This document shows, piece by piece, positions 1-9,918 of a DNA stretch of 32,000 nucleotides. The translations under genes were made by a program, and so were the position numbers. Every line of letters starts with the position of its first letter. Positions within the stretch are counted from its first letter, which is position 1. The stretch is from Microbacterium phage Fulton. The notes below the pieces were generated by a model. It was not told where the DNA came from and did not search any database. It saw only the letters and a program-made list of their open reading frames with translations. The stretch lies in sequence record PQ559670.1. One strand, written 5' to 3'.

Positions 1-1
1 C

Positions 2-283
2 GCACGCGCTCCCTTCGTGGTGTCGCGGCCGCTGCTGACCCAGGATGAAGTCGACCGGGCACTCAGCGGTGACCCGCTCGCCTGGGATGTCCAGTTCAGC
101 CTGTACTGCGCCGGGGCCAGTGTCGAGGCCAGCTACAACGTCGCTCTCGGGGCCATGCGTGACCTCGACGGAAAGCCGGTGGGAGGCACCACCCTGTCAA
201 CGTCCTTGGGCTACATCGGTGCCCAGGTCGAGGGTCACTACGAGACCCAGGTCACTGTCAAGCTCAACCAAGGAGGTATCTGA
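2..283 (+). CDS. Phage structural-module protein, 5'-truncated at window edge (function unknown)
   Basis: Frame open from the window edge through the track ORF 17..283; stop TGA 281-283 overlaps the next ATG (ATGA); directly upstream of tail genes. Confidence 0.6.
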   Translation, partial: ARAPFVVSRPLLTQDEVDRALSGDPLAWDVQFSLYCAGASVEASYNVALGAMRDLDGKPVGGTTLSTSLGYIGAQVEGHYETQVTVKLNQGGI

Positions 284-615
284 TGACTGGCATCAAGCCC
301 AGCAGCCACGGCATCGTCGTGGACCACAAGGAGTCCGGAACGCGGTACGCCATCTCGGACAAGAACTACGACGAGAAGGTTCACCGCAAGGTGCGGGACC
401 TTCGCGCCGGCGAAACCGTGCTGGGCTACCGGCCGAAGCGCCGCGAGCAGCTCTCAGACGGCGAGAGCCCCCAGTCGGGCACCGGCACCGCCGAGCAGGC
501 CGATGGGTCCGCTCTCAACGCCTCAGAAGGCCTCGCGGACGGCTCCGCCGGTACCGCCCAGGCCACACAGACCGAGGGGGCCAACACCGGCACCCAGGAG
601 AAGAAGGGAAAGTAA
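283..615 (+). CDS. Hypothetical protein of head-tail/tail region
   Basis: ORF of 110 aa, translationally coupled start (TGATG), low-complexity C-terminus, immediately upstream of the major tail protein. Confidence 0.65.
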   Translation: MTGIKPSSHGIVVDHKESGTRYAISDKNYDEKVHRKVRDLRAGETVLGYRPKRREQLSDGESPQSGTGTAEQADGSALNASEGLADGSAGTAQATQTEGANTGTQEKKGK

Positions 616-617
616 CC

Positions 618-1112
618 ATGCCGCTCACGCAGTGGAACCCCTCGACGCAGATCAGTCGAGGCAACGTGGCAGTCGGGGTCAGCCCCGCCATCGCCGACAT
701 CAACGATCCGGCCCTGGCCGAGATCACCACGGGCATCGCGCTCGACTGCGCCATCCAGACGCACAACGGCACGAGCTCCAGCGACAGCGAGTCCGTCGAC
801 TGGCTGTGCGACCCGGCCAGCGAGCAGCTCCCGGGCAGCACCACGCACGCCATGGACGACCTCGTCATCAAGACGACTGGCCAGGAGGACGACGACCTCG
901 TGTCGGCGCTCAACATCGGCGACGTCGTCTACCTCTGGCGTCGTGACGGTATGCCGCACGCCACCGCACCGGCTGCGGGCCAGAAGGTCTGGGTCTGGAA
1001 GGTCATCATCACTTCCATCGACCCCGTCGAGGCGAACAACGTGTTCGTCGGCATCGTCGCTCACATCACAGTCGTCGGCCGCTCGGCCACGGCTGTCCCG
1101 ATCAGCGCCTGA
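618..1112 (+). CDS. Major tail protein (tail tube) candidate
   Basis: MPLTQWNPSTQISRGNVAVGVSPAIADINDPALAEI...; start ATG 618 inside the longer track ORF 45..1112; position directly upstream of tail assembly chaperone genes and the tape measure. Confidence 0.65.
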   Translation: MPLTQWNPSTQISRGNVAVGVSPAIADINDPALAEITTGIALDCAIQTHNGTSSSDSESVDWLCDPASEQLPGSTTHAMDDLVIKTTGQEDDDLVSALNIGDVVYLWRRDGMPHATAPAAGQKVWVWKVIITSIDPVEANNVFVGIVAHITVVGRSATAVPISA

Positions 1113-1141
1113 CCAGCGCCATCACCCAAGGAGACATCGAA

Positions 1142-1711
1142 ATGACATTCTCATCGTACGAAGAACTGGCAGCGGCCGTCGAGAAGCGGCGCGCTGAGAT
1201 CCTCACGCTCGAGGTCGACCTCGGCAGCGACTACTCCCCGGAGTACGAGCAGGCCAAGGCTGAACTCGCGCAGGCCAAGGCCATGAAGACCGTGGCAGGC
1301 GCGTTCCTGGGCGATCAGACGGCAGGGCTCGAGGCGCGTGTGGCTCAGCTCAAGCCTGAAGCCCAGACCGTCTGGCTCCAGTTCTCGAAGCTGTCACTCG
1401 GGGAGTGGCGCACGCTGATCAAGCAGGCAGGCGCCGACGCGTGGGACCAGTATGAGCGGGTTCTGCCCCAGACGTTCAAGGGTGTGTACGGGACCGATCC
1501 CGTCAAGCCCGACGACTGGGACGAAACCAATCCGGGTGAGGAGTGGGTCAAGCCTGAGCCGCTCACCACCGATGCCCGTTCGGTGTCCTCCAAGGGTGAT
1601 GGAGGCATTCTGCCTGGCGGTTCCCTGCATGGGGTCGTGCAGAACTTCATCGCCTGGCAGAACTCGGGGGGCGATGTCACCATCCGCCCTACGAAATCGG
1701 GCCGCGACTAG
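1142..1711 (+). CDS. Tail assembly chaperone, upstream ORF (GpG-like)
   Basis: 189-aa ORF between major tail protein and tape measure; overlaps a -1 frame ORF; slippery heptamer near its 3' end. Confidence 0.75.
   Translation: MTFSSYEELAAAVEKRRAEILTLEVDLGSDYSPEYEQAKAELAQAKAMKTVAGAFLGDQTAGLEARVAQLKPEAQTVWLQFSKLSLGEWRTLIKQAGADAWDQYERVLPQTFKGVYGTDPVKPDDWDETNPGEEWVKPEPLTTDARSVSSKGDGGILPGGSLHGVVQNFIAWQNSGGDVTIRPTKSGRD
1666..1672 (+). promoter_or_regulatory. Putative -1 programmed ribosomal frameshift site G GGG GGC
   Basis: Heptamer in X_XXY_YYZ phase relative to the 1142 frame (codons TCG GGG GGC GAT); downstream -1 frame open to 2100. Confidence 0.65.
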
Positions 1712-2100
1712 GACTCCTCCTAGACATGGCCCTGGTGTCGGGGCGGTCCCCGGTTCGCCTCCTTGACGAGGGCAGCCCCGACACCTGGTCTGAACTGGAT
1801 CTGGAAGTACTCAGCCAGTGGAAAACCCTCAAGGATGTCAAGTGCCCGCAGTGCGGTCGCCCGCTTGCGCAGCACCTTCACAACTCCAGACTAGGTAGAG
1901 AAGAAACCATCGAGGACTACACAGCGTGGTCCATGGAATGCCCCGCCCAGCAGGCTATCGCCCAAGGTCAGGCACAGTGGAACACGATGCACAAGTCCGA
2001 GATCGAAGCCTTCAACAAGGGCAACGGACCTGACCCCAAGATGGGGACGTTCTGGTTCAGCCAGCGTGAAGGCGAATCACTACCGCAACCCGAGAAGTAA
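1672..2100 (+). CDS. Tail assembly chaperone, downstream portion (GpT-like), probably expressed by -1 frameshift from the 1142 ORF
   Basis: Frame is open from 1672 with no stop, through the track ORF 1726..2100 (MALVSGRSPVRLL...VKCPQCGRPLAQHLHNSRLG...), in the -1 frame relative to 1142..1711; CxxC motif. Confidence 0.7.
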   Translation, partial: RCHHPPYEIGPRLGLLLDMALVSGRSPVRLLDEGSPDTWSELDLEVLSQWKTLKDVKCPQCGRPLAQHLHNSRLGREETIEDYTAWSMECPAQQAIAQGQAQWNTMHKSEIEAFNKGNGPDPKMGTFWFSQREGESLPQPEK

Positions 2101-2120
2101 CCAGAGGAAAGGAGCACAGC

Positions 2121-4562
2121 ATGGCCGATAACGATGTCAAGATCAAGGTCTCGATGGACGGCGACAAGGTCGTCATCGACGGGCTGACCGGCATCGGGGA
2201 CGCTGCCAGCAATGCTGACTCCAAGACCTCAAAGTTCAGCACCGGCCTCAAGGGTGTAGGTACCGCCCTGGTCGGCTTCGCTGGCACGGTTGTCGCAGCC
2301 GGTGGAGCCCTTGCAGCAGGCGTCACAACTTCGTACGCATCCGCGGAGCAGTCCGTGGGTGGTATCGAGACGCTGTTCAAGGGCTCCGCCGACCGCATGA
2401 AGACTTACGCTCAGGACGCCTACAAGACGGCGGGCCTGTCAGCGAACGAGTACATGGAGCAGGCCACATCGATGTCGGCCTCGCTCATCCAGTCCGTGGG
2501 TGGCGACACGGCCAAGGCGGCGGAGCTGGCCAACACCGCTCTGGTCGCCATGAGTGACAACGCTAACAAGATGGGCACCGACCTCGGTTCCATCCAGAAC
2601 GCTTTCGGCGGCTTCGCCAAGCAGAACTTCTCGATGCTCGACAACCTGAAGCTCGGGTACGGCGGCACGCAGGCCGAGATGCAGCGGCTCCTCAGCGACG
2701 CGGAGAAGCTGCCTGCGGCAATGGGCCAGAAGTTTGACATGTCGAACTACGGCGATGTCGTCACCGCCATCCAGCTCATCCAGGAAGAGATGGGCATCGC
2801 CGGCACCACGGCGCTGGAGGCCAACTCGACCATCACCGGTTCCGTCGCCGGCCTCAAGGGTGCGTTTGATAACCTGCTGGTCGCGATGGGTTCGGCGAAC
2901 AATGAGTCCCTCGCCTTCCTGGACGTCCAGGAGCAGGCCGCGAACGTGGTCTCACAGCTCGAGACGGTCATCGGCAACGTTACTCCCGTGATCGAGTCGA
3001 TCGGGGCGTCTATGGGCACCCTGGGGCCGCAGCTCGGCAGCATGATGAGCACGGTGGTCGAGGCCATCGCCTCTGCGATCCCGGCCGTCCTTGAGGCTGG
3101 TGTGGCCTTGATCCAGGGACTCATCCAGGGCATCACTACCGCGCTTCCCACGCTGATCACCGCGCTGATCCCTGGCGTCATTGGTCTGGTCCAGTCGCTG
3201 TCGGGCATGCTGCCGCTGCTAGTGGCTGCCGGTGCGCAGGCCGTGGTCGCCCTCGTCACGGGGCTGGCCAGTGCGGCCCCCACCATTGTCACATCGCTCA
3301 CCGAAGCCCTCACCAGCATGGTGCAGGAAGTCATCAATGCCGCCCCGGCGCTGCTGGAAGGTGGCATCGCGCTCATCATGGGGCTGGCTCAGGGCATCCT
3401 GGAGTCGATGCCCATCATCATCGAATCGCTACCGTACCTGATCGAGGGCATCGTCACCTTCATCACAACGGGCGTACCCATGCTCCTTGAAGCAGGTATC
3501 CAGCTCTTCATGGGTCTGGTGCAGGCGCTCCCCCAGGTCATTGAGCAGCTCGTGGCCGTGCTGCCTGGCATGATCACCAGCATCATCGGTGCCCTGGTCG
3601 GTATGATCCCGCTCATCGTGCAGGCGGGCGTCCAGCTGCTCACAGCCCTGGTGCAGAACCTGCCCACCATCATCACCACGATCGTGGCAGCCATCCCGCA
3701 GATCATCAGCTCGGTTCTGACGGCGGTGCTCGGTGCCATCCCGGTCATCATCCAGGGCGGTATCCAGCTCTTCATCGCCCTGATCGGTGCCCTGCCCCAG
3801 ATCATCACGACCATTGTCGCGGCCATCCCTCAGATCATCACCGGCGTCATCAGCGCAGTGATCGGGGCTATCCCTCAGATCATCCAGGCCGGTATCCAGC
3901 TTCTTGTGGCCTTGGTTCAGAACATGCCCGCCATCCTCGGCGGCATCGTCAAGGCCATCCCGCAGATCATCTCGGGTATCGTCAGCGCCATCGTGGGTGC
4001 GGTGCCGCAGCTTGCACAGGCAGGCCTCCAGCTCATCCAGGGTCTCTGGAACGGCATCAGCGATGCGGCTGGCTGGCTGATGGGCAAGATCGGCGGCTTC
4101 GTCGATGACGTGGTCGGCAACATCAAGTCCTTCTTCGGTATCGCGTCTCCGTCCCGCCGTATCAAGGCTGAGGTCGGTGTCCAGCTGCCTGCTGGTCTGG
4201 GTGCCGGTGTCGAGCAGAACGAGGAGGCCGCGCTGCGGCCCATCCGGGACCTCAATGCCAAGGTGATGGATGAGGCCATGAGCCTCAACACCAACGTCGC
4301 GTTCACGCACGACGCCAACCTGACCCAGACGCTGGTCCCCATGCAGGCCACCCCGCAGATGCCCTCCAACATCAGCGTCGAGGCCACACTGGACCCGACC
4401 CTGGTGGGCAGCGCCGTCAGCGATGCGTTCGCGGCAAATGACCGCAGCCAGGACCAGACCGCAGTGTCGCTCGACTCCCGGTCGATCAACACTCTTGCAA
4501 CCGCAATCGTCGACGCAATCCGCGTCCAGTCACGTCAGGGAGGTGTGGTGAATCTTGGGTAG
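2121..4562 (+). CDS. Tape measure protein
   Basis: 813-aa ORF, long hydrophobic Ala/Ile/Gly-rich segment with internal repeats, directly after the chaperones; RBS-like AGAGGAAAGGAG upstream. Confidence 0.9.
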   Translation: MADNDVKIKVSMDGDKVVIDGLTGIGDAASNADSKTSKFSTGLKGVGTALVGFAGTVVAAGGALAAGVTTSYASAEQSVGGIETLFKGSADRMKTYAQDAYKTAGLSANEYMEQATSMSASLIQSVGGDTAKAAELANTALVAMSDNANKMGTDLGSIQNAFGGFAKQNFSMLDNLKLGYGGTQAEMQRLLSDAEKLPAAMGQKFDMSNYGDVVTAIQLIQEEMGIAGTTALEANSTITGSVAGLKGAFDNLLVAMGSANNESLAFLDVQEQAANVVSQLETVIGNVTPVIESIGASMGTLGPQLGSMMSTVVEAIASAIPAVLEAGVALIQGLIQGITTALPTLITALIPGVIGLVQSLSGMLPLLVAAGAQAVVALVTGLASAAPTIVTSLTEALTSMVQEVINAAPALLEGGIALIMGLAQGILESMPIIIESLPYLIEGIVTFITTGVPMLLEAGIQLFMGLVQALPQVIEQLVAVLPGMITSIIGALVGMIPLIVQAGVQLLTALVQNLPTIITTIVAAIPQIISSVLTAVLGAIPVIIQGGIQLFIALIGALPQIITTIVAAIPQIITGVISAVIGAIPQIIQAGIQLLVALVQNMPAILGGIVKAIPQIISGIVSAIVGAVPQLAQAGLQLIQGLWNGISDAAGWLMGKIGGFVDDVVGNIKSFFGIASPSRRIKAEVGVQLPAGLGAGVEQNEEAALRPIRDLNAKVMDEAMSLNTNVAFTHDANLTQTLVPMQATPQMPSNISVEATLDPTLVGSAVSDAFAANDRSQDQTAVSLDSRSINTLATAIVDAIRVQSRQGGVVNLG
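3528..4055 (+). repeat. Four tandem 132-bp (44-aa) degenerate repeats in the tape measure gene
   Basis: Units begin LPQVIEQLVAVLPGM, LPTIITTIVAAIPQI, LPQIITTIVAAIPQI, MPAILGGIVKAIPQI at 3528, 3660, 3792, 3924; a shorter 40-aa related unit at 3408..3527. Confidence 0.85.
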
Positions 4563-6798
4563 GGCAGCTGTCAACACAGGATCCGCGGGCTCGCTCGCGC
4601 TCGACGTCAATGAGGTATACTACGACGTCTTTCAGAACTACTCCGATGTGTCGTGGGCTCTGTACCTCGACGAGCGGGTGTCCTCTGGCTCGACCTGGTC
4701 GGGCGGGGGTATCAGCGCCACGGTGGGCCAGCACAACATCCAGCAGTGGTGGGGCGGTACATTCGGCTTCGACTGGCGACCCAGTGGGCTGCAGAGCCGG
4801 CTGATCGCTTCGGGAACCAACCGTGTCTATCACAACCCGGACGGCAGCGGCCAGGTCACTGTCGGTGCCACCATCGGCAACACGGGTACTTCTGGAGCTG
4901 GTGGCCCCACCGGGCTGACCAACACCATCGGCCTGACCCAGCTGACCCAGGTGCCCGGTACCCCGACCGGTGTGTCGGCAACCCGCATCAGCGACAGCCA
5001 GGTCCGTGTCAACTGGACGAACCAGGGCGCATCCAACGGACAGGCAGCCCAGAACCAGATCGAGGTCGAGGGTATCCCGGCTGGTGGTAACGGCTCCGTC
5101 ACCATCAACGCTTCCAATCAGGCTTCCCTGCCTGTCCTGGCTAACGAGAAGAAGCGCTACCGCGTGCGCTCCTGGAACACCGCAGGCTGGAGCGGCTGGT
5201 CGGCCTGGACTTCCTACCTGGTCACCTCCCCTAAGGAGCCTAAGGACGTCACGGCTACCAAGGGTGCCAACCTGAACATCACGGTCGCTTGGACCTCTCA
5301 GGTGGCCTACCCCGATCACGTGCATGCCATTGAGCACGGCGTGGACGTGGGCGGTGTCATCACTTGGGACGGCAGCATCCTGGCCACCCTTCCGTCGGGC
5401 ACCAACTCCTACGTTCACGCTTCCCCGAACGCTGCACAGCGGCATGTTTATCGGGTGTGGTCGAGCGCCTCCAACCCCAGCCAGGTCATGGACTCGGTCA
5501 AGGTGCAGTCCAATGTCGTCCAGCTGCTGGTGGCCCCGAACAAGCCCACGTTCGTCAACGTGCCTCAGTTCGCTGACCGTGCCGTGGCGCTGAACGTAGA
5601 CTGGCAGCACAACTCCGTCGACTCGACTCCTCAGTCGGCATACGAGTTCAGCACCTCCACCGACGGTGGCACCAACTGGACCAGCTCGGGCAAGGTGACC
5701 TCCACTGTCGCACGGCGCACCATCGCTGCCAACGCCTACGCAGCCAACGCCACGGTCACGATGAGGGTACGCACCTGGGGTCAGGCCACCACGGGCGGCA
5801 GCGACGGCACAGGTGCATCCCCGTGGTCGGACGTGGCAGCGGTCACCTTCAAGACCAAGCCCACGGTCACCATCACGTCGCCGGCGAACAGCTCCGTAGT
5901 CAACGACGCTACGCTGCGGGTGAACCTTACGTTCGCCCAGGCTCAGGCAGCCACGTTCGTGAAGGCTCAGCTCGAACTCCTGCAGGCCGGGGCACTGGTC
6001 GAGGCGCGCGAGTCGAGCATCCTGCTGGGTATCACGTTCTCCACGCCGGTCCAGAATGGTGTGGCCTACACCGTGCGCGCCCGCGTGCTGGACTCCAACG
6101 GCATCTGGTCGACCTGGGTCACCAACGCCTTCAGTGTCACTTACCTGGCACCGGTACCGGCTGTGGTCACGCCCAGCTACGTCGTGGACAAGGGCTGGGG
6201 CCAGCTCGAGATGACCATCGCCGATCCTGGAGCAGGGCAGTCTGCCGTCACAAAAGTCACCATCACACGATCCATTGATGGGGGCACTCCTGAGGTCATC
6301 GTGCAGGACTACCCCTATGCCGCAGCCCTCACGTTCCTGGACACCCTGCCCACCATCCACGGGACCAACACGTACACCATCACAACCTACAGCGCACTCG
6401 GTGCGCAGACGGTGGTCACGGCCACGCTGGTCACCGAGGAGTGCCGCCGTGCGTTCCTCAGCAAGGGCGCAGGGTACAGCACAGTCGGCGCGTTCGGTGC
6501 CAACCTGAAGATCGACGAAAGCGTCAGCGTCGCCAGCGCCACCGTCGAGGCGGCAGGGCGCACCAAGCCGATCGGCCTCTACGGTGTCGAGACCAGCGTG
6601 CAGCTGAAGGTCAAGTCCTTCGTGTACGAGGGCTTCGGCTCCACGCTTGACGAGCTGCGGGCTATCCTGCTCCTGCCTGGGAAGGCGTGCTATCGCGACA
6701 GCACCGGGCGTCGCCTGTTCGGTGTGGCTAAGGGAAGCATCAGTCGCGAGAAGGTCGCCCGTGGCGACTTCAACTTCACCATGACGGAGACAAGCTAA
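4555..6798 (+). CDS. Minor tail protein with fibronectin type III-like domains
   Basis: 747 aa; FN3-like modules (VPGTPTGVSATRISDSQVRVNWTNQG...; PKEPKDVTATKGANLNITVAWTS...); TTG start, overlapping the tape measure stop. Confidence 0.75.
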   Translation: MGRAAVNTGSAGSLALDVNEVYYDVFQNYSDVSWALYLDERVSSGSTWSGGGISATVGQHNIQQWWGGTFGFDWRPSGLQSRLIASGTNRVYHNPDGSGQVTVGATIGNTGTSGAGGPTGLTNTIGLTQLTQVPGTPTGVSATRISDSQVRVNWTNQGASNGQAAQNQIEVEGIPAGGNGSVTINASNQASLPVLANEKKRYRVRSWNTAGWSGWSAWTSYLVTSPKEPKDVTATKGANLNITVAWTSQVAYPDHVHAIEHGVDVGGVITWDGSILATLPSGTNSYVHASPNAAQRHVYRVWSSASNPSQVMDSVKVQSNVVQLLVAPNKPTFVNVPQFADRAVALNVDWQHNSVDSTPQSAYEFSTSTDGGTNWTSSGKVTSTVARRTIAANAYAANATVTMRVRTWGQATTGGSDGTGASPWSDVAAVTFKTKPTVTITSPANSSVVNDATLRVNLTFAQAQAATFVKAQLELLQAGALVEARESSILLGITFSTPVQNGVAYTVRARVLDSNGIWSTWVTNAFSVTYLAPVPAVVTPSYVVDKGWGQLEMTIADPGAGQSAVTKVTITRSIDGGTPEVIVQDYPYAAALTFLDTLPTIHGTNTYTITTYSALGAQTVVTATLVTEECRRAFLSKGAGYSTVGAFGANLKIDESVSVASATVEAAGRTKPIGLYGVETSVQLKVKSFVYEGFGSTLDELRAILLLPGKACYRDSTGRRLFGVAKGSISREKVARGDFNFTMTETS

Positions 6799-7970
6799 TG
6801 CCTGAACCCATCATCCCCATCCGTAACGTCACGACTGAGGACGTGCTGTACGGCGATCGCGTCACGTCGTACCGCTGGGAGGTGCTCGAGCACAGCAACG
6901 GAATCGATCAGCTGGTGGGCACCCTGGATGGGGTGTCAGACGGCTCCCTGAGCTGGACTCAGAACGCAGCTGTCAAGGGTAGCGGCAAGGCTGACGTCGT
7001 GGACTTGGACGTAGCTCAGCAGGGCATGATGCGCATCGCTCAGCTCAAGCTCGAGTCGGTCCGGCTGCGCCCTGTCCAGGTCATCGCGGGCCTTCCTGAA
7101 AACCCGCTGGGGGTGTACCTGCTGTCGGCTGCTGTCGAGGAATGGGAGGACACTGGGCGGGTCTGGTCTCTGAAGCTTCTGGACAAGTGCACTGTTCCGG
7201 AGCAGGACAAGGTCGATCAGTCGTACGCGGTGCCCGCAGGAACCAACATCTTGCAGCGTGTCAAGTCCATCCTGGCAAGCGCCGGCGAGTACATCGCCAT
7301 CGACAACTCTGTCACCCTGGCCACATCGAGCGGCATGGTGTGGGAGGCGGGCACGAGCAAGTTGAAGATCATCAACGAGCTGCTCGACGTGGCTGGCTAC
7401 AACGCCCTCTGGATGGATGGCAACGGCGACTTCAAGGCTACCCCGCGCGTGCTGCCTGCTGACCGCCCCATCAACTACGAATTCCTGGGTATCCCTCGTG
7501 AGCTGCGCGATGGCGAGAAGAGCATCTACTCCCCCGACTGGAACCGCGAGCGTGACAGCTTCGATGTCCCGAACAAGGTCGTCGCGGTTGAGGCTGCTGG
7601 CGGCGAGGACACCGCAGCGCTGATCGGTCAGTGGACCAACACCGACCCTGCCAGCCCCTACAGCTACGTCAGCCGAGGCAACCGCTGGATCACCCACACG
7701 CTCGACTCGGTCGAGGTGCCTGACGGTAACGACGCTTCCAAGCTGGCCTTCCTCCAGAACCGTGCCCGTGCCACCCTGGTCCAGATGTCGGCTGTGCAGG
7801 CACAGGCCAAGGTCGAGCACCTGCCCATCCCTGTCCGTGTGGGCGACGTTCTCCGCTTCGCTCACACCAAGGCCGGGGTCGATTCCCGCCACGTCATCAC
7901 TAACCTGAGCCTAGAAGTACACCCGCTCGGTATGATGAAGTCTACTCTCCAGGAGGTGATCTCGCTGTGA
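6798..7970 (+). CDS. Minor tail protein (tail-tip/hub-like)
   Basis: 390-aa ORF in tail operon; start overlaps upstream stop (TAATG). Confidence 0.65.
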   Translation: MPEPIIPIRNVTTEDVLYGDRVTSYRWEVLEHSNGIDQLVGTLDGVSDGSLSWTQNAAVKGSGKADVVDLDVAQQGMMRIAQLKLESVRLRPVQVIAGLPENPLGVYLLSAAVEEWEDTGRVWSLKLLDKCTVPEQDKVDQSYAVPAGTNILQRVKSILASAGEYIAIDNSVTLATSSGMVWEAGTSKLKIINELLDVAGYNALWMDGNGDFKATPRVLPADRPINYEFLGIPRELRDGEKSIYSPDWNRERDSFDVPNKVVAVEAAGGEDTAALIGQWTNTDPASPYSYVSRGNRWITHTLDSVEVPDGNDASKLAFLQNRARATLVQMSAVQAQAKVEHLPIPVRVGDVLRFAHTKAGVDSRHVITNLSLEVHPLGMMKSTLQEVISL

Positions 7971-8734
7971 CCATCCAGGACATCCGGGACATCACGTCGT
8001 TCAAGTGGGCGACGATCAAGACGGTCGACCCGCTCAGCATCCAGCTGGACGGCGACACTGCGCCGCTGGCTCTTATCCCCGACAGCCTGATCGACCCGCT
8101 GCTGCTCAAGGTCAACGACCGGGTCCGGGTTGAGCTGTCGCTGCGCAAGGTGGTCATCCACGGCAAGTCGAATGGTGTGGCCCCGAAAGAACAGGGTAAG
8201 GTCCTCCTCCGCCCGACATCGGTCGTAGGTGCCACGGTCAACGATGCCAATGAGATCATCCCTAACCCCAGCGTTACCACGGTCAGCGTCAACGGGGTGT
8301 TCACGGAGAAGTATCGGGAGTACGAGATCGAGGCGTGGTTCCACTCGGCTGCGGCAGGTGCTATCCCTACGTTCCGGTACCGGGTGGCTGGTGCTGACCA
8401 GGCAGCAGCCAACACCTACACTTCCGAATACCAGAACATGAACGGTACCACGCTGAACGCCAGCCAGCAGTCAGAGGCCTCGTTCTCCCTGCCCGCTATC
8501 GGGGCTACTTTCCACAAGCTGTGGATGTCCATTGTCAACCCTGCCACGCTCGGTACCGAGACCGTTATGGACTTCCGCATGAGCTCGTTCCTGAATGGTA
8601 CCGCACAGCGTCAGGGATTTATGTACATGAACGGAGGCGGAGCTGTCAACATCGACGGCTTCAGCCTTGTCTATGCTGCTGGCAGCTATCACGCCACGCA
8701 GAGGTCGTGGATCAAGGTCTACGGCCTGGTCTAA
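7967..8734 (+). CDS. Minor tail protein / receptor-binding candidate
   Basis: 255-aa ORF; N-terminal DIRDITSFKWATIKTVDPLSIQLDGD typical of tail-spike/tip proteins of actinophages; beta-rich C-terminus. Confidence 0.6.
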   Translation: MTIQDIRDITSFKWATIKTVDPLSIQLDGDTAPLALIPDSLIDPLLLKVNDRVRVELSLRKVVIHGKSNGVAPKEQGKVLLRPTSVVGATVNDANEIIPNPSVTTVSVNGVFTEKYREYEIEAWFHSAAAGAIPTFRYRVAGADQAAANTYTSEYQNMNGTTLNASQQSEASFSLPAIGATFHKLWMSIVNPATLGTETVMDFRMSSFLNGTAQRQGFMYMNGGGAVNIDGFSLVYAAGSYHATQRSWIKVYGLV

Positions 8735-8749
8735 TCAAGGAGGAAAACA

Positions 8750-9007
8750 ATGAGCACCATCCGCGCAGTAACCGAGCAGGACGTACCGGTCGAGGACCAG
8801 GTGCAGCTCCTGGCCTGCCTGAAGCAGTGGAAGGCCGAGGGGCAGGTCAACCCCATGATCCCCTGCGACATCGACGCCGACGGTGACGGTACCACCGACG
8901 CGTTCGGGCTCGGCCCGTTCGGCGACCTGGTCTTCGTGACCCAGGTGCCGGTCAAGAGCACCGTCTACGAGGCCGACGGCTCGGGCCTGGAGGGGGGCCA
9001 GAGCTGA
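8750..9007 (+). CDS. Hypothetical protein
   Basis: 85-aa ORF preceded by AAGGAGGAAAAC RBS; contains DIDADGDGTTDAFG Ca-binding-like loop; overlaps endolysin start. Confidence 0.7.
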   Translation: MSTIRAVTEQDVPVEDQVQLLACLKQWKAEGQVNPMIPCDIDADGDGTTDAFGLGPFGDLVFVTQVPVKSTVYEADGSGLEGGQS

Positions 9008-9882
9008 TGGCAACTTACGTTCAGTGGGGCAATGCGCGGGTCACCCCGTACATGGCCTATCAGCTCGATCGGCTCAACGCTGACCTGCGCCGCTTGTTCG
9101 GTGTGGGCTTGCAGGCCAACTCGGGCATCCGCCTGCCGCAGGAGCAGATCGACATCTTCCTGCAGCGCTACGTTCGCGCCGGCGACGTCAAAGGCCGCAG
9201 GGTCTACGACACCCGCTGGTGGAACGGCGTGCTCTGGTACCGCATCAGCGCTGCGGGCACGGTGGCCGTCCCTGGCACGTCCAACCACGAGATCCAGGGC
9301 GACAAGGCTGCGGTTGACATCCAGGACACGGGTGCCGACGCAGGTATCACCAACAGGAACAGTGTTCGCGGCCGGTGGATCCGGGCCAACGCGGGCAACT
9401 ATGGGCTCATCGCATCGGGCGATGGGTTCGGCGAAGGCTGGCATTTCGACATCGTCGGGATCTGGCGTGCAGTACCCGGCGGCGGAGGCACCGCTCCGGC
9501 AAAACCCAAGGAGAGTGACAACATGCAGAGCATCCGGATCAACGGCAACATCTACGGTGTCGATGACGAGTTCATCACCCATTACGGCGACGTCCGCCAG
9601 GCGACCATCACCCGCCAGGTGACCAGCGCCACCGACGAGCTCCACGAGCTGGGTTCCGGCAAGGAAGCCCTCGCCAACTTCAGCTCGCTGCTCGACGGCT
9701 TGGGCATCCCGCGCGATGTCCTCGACGCGCAGGGCCGGGTCCTCAACCCGCAGTCCACGGCCACCAACCCCGCGGACCGGTTCGAGTGGAACGGCACTTG
9801 GTCTCGTCGCCGGCAGGCTGTCGCGCTCGAGGAGCAGAACGCCAAGAAGCTCGATGAGCTGCTGGCACTCCTGAAGAAGTAA
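9007..9882 (+). CDS. Endolysin, peptidase M15 / D-Ala-D-Ala carboxypeptidase (VanY-like)
   Basis: SGIRLPQEQIDIF...VPGTSNHEIQGDKAAVDIQD...GEGWHFDI: SxHxxGxAxD-like and WH motifs of M15 peptidases; located before small membrane proteins. Confidence 0.85.
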   Translation: MATYVQWGNARVTPYMAYQLDRLNADLRRLFGVGLQANSGIRLPQEQIDIFLQRYVRAGDVKGRRVYDTRWWNGVLWYRISAAGTVAVPGTSNHEIQGDKAAVDIQDTGADAGITNRNSVRGRWIRANAGNYGLIASGDGFGEGWHFDIVGIWRAVPGGGGTAPAKPKESDNMQSIRINGNIYGVDDEFITHYGDVRQATITRQVTSATDELHELGSGKEALANFSSLLDGLGIPRDVLDAQGRVLNPQSTATNPADRFEWNGTWSRRRQAVALEEQNAKKLDELLALLKK

Positions 9883-9889
9883 GCCCCGT

Positions 9890-9918
9890 CGGGTGGGTCG
9901 CTACGTGTGGCCCACCCG
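9890..9918 (+). terminator. Hairpin after endolysin (CGGGTGGG...CCCACCCG), possible weak terminator
   Basis: 8-bp perfect inverted repeat, 13-nt loop, just after the stop codon; no U-tract. Confidence 0.4.

Noticed and set aside
45-617. N-terminal extension of the ORF 45..1112
   Set aside because: Overlaps two coupled ORFs; real start with tail-protein-like sequence is ATG 618.
4486-6360. 624-aa - strand ORF (4486..6360)
   Set aside because: Antisense to the FN3-type minor tail gene; shadow ORF.
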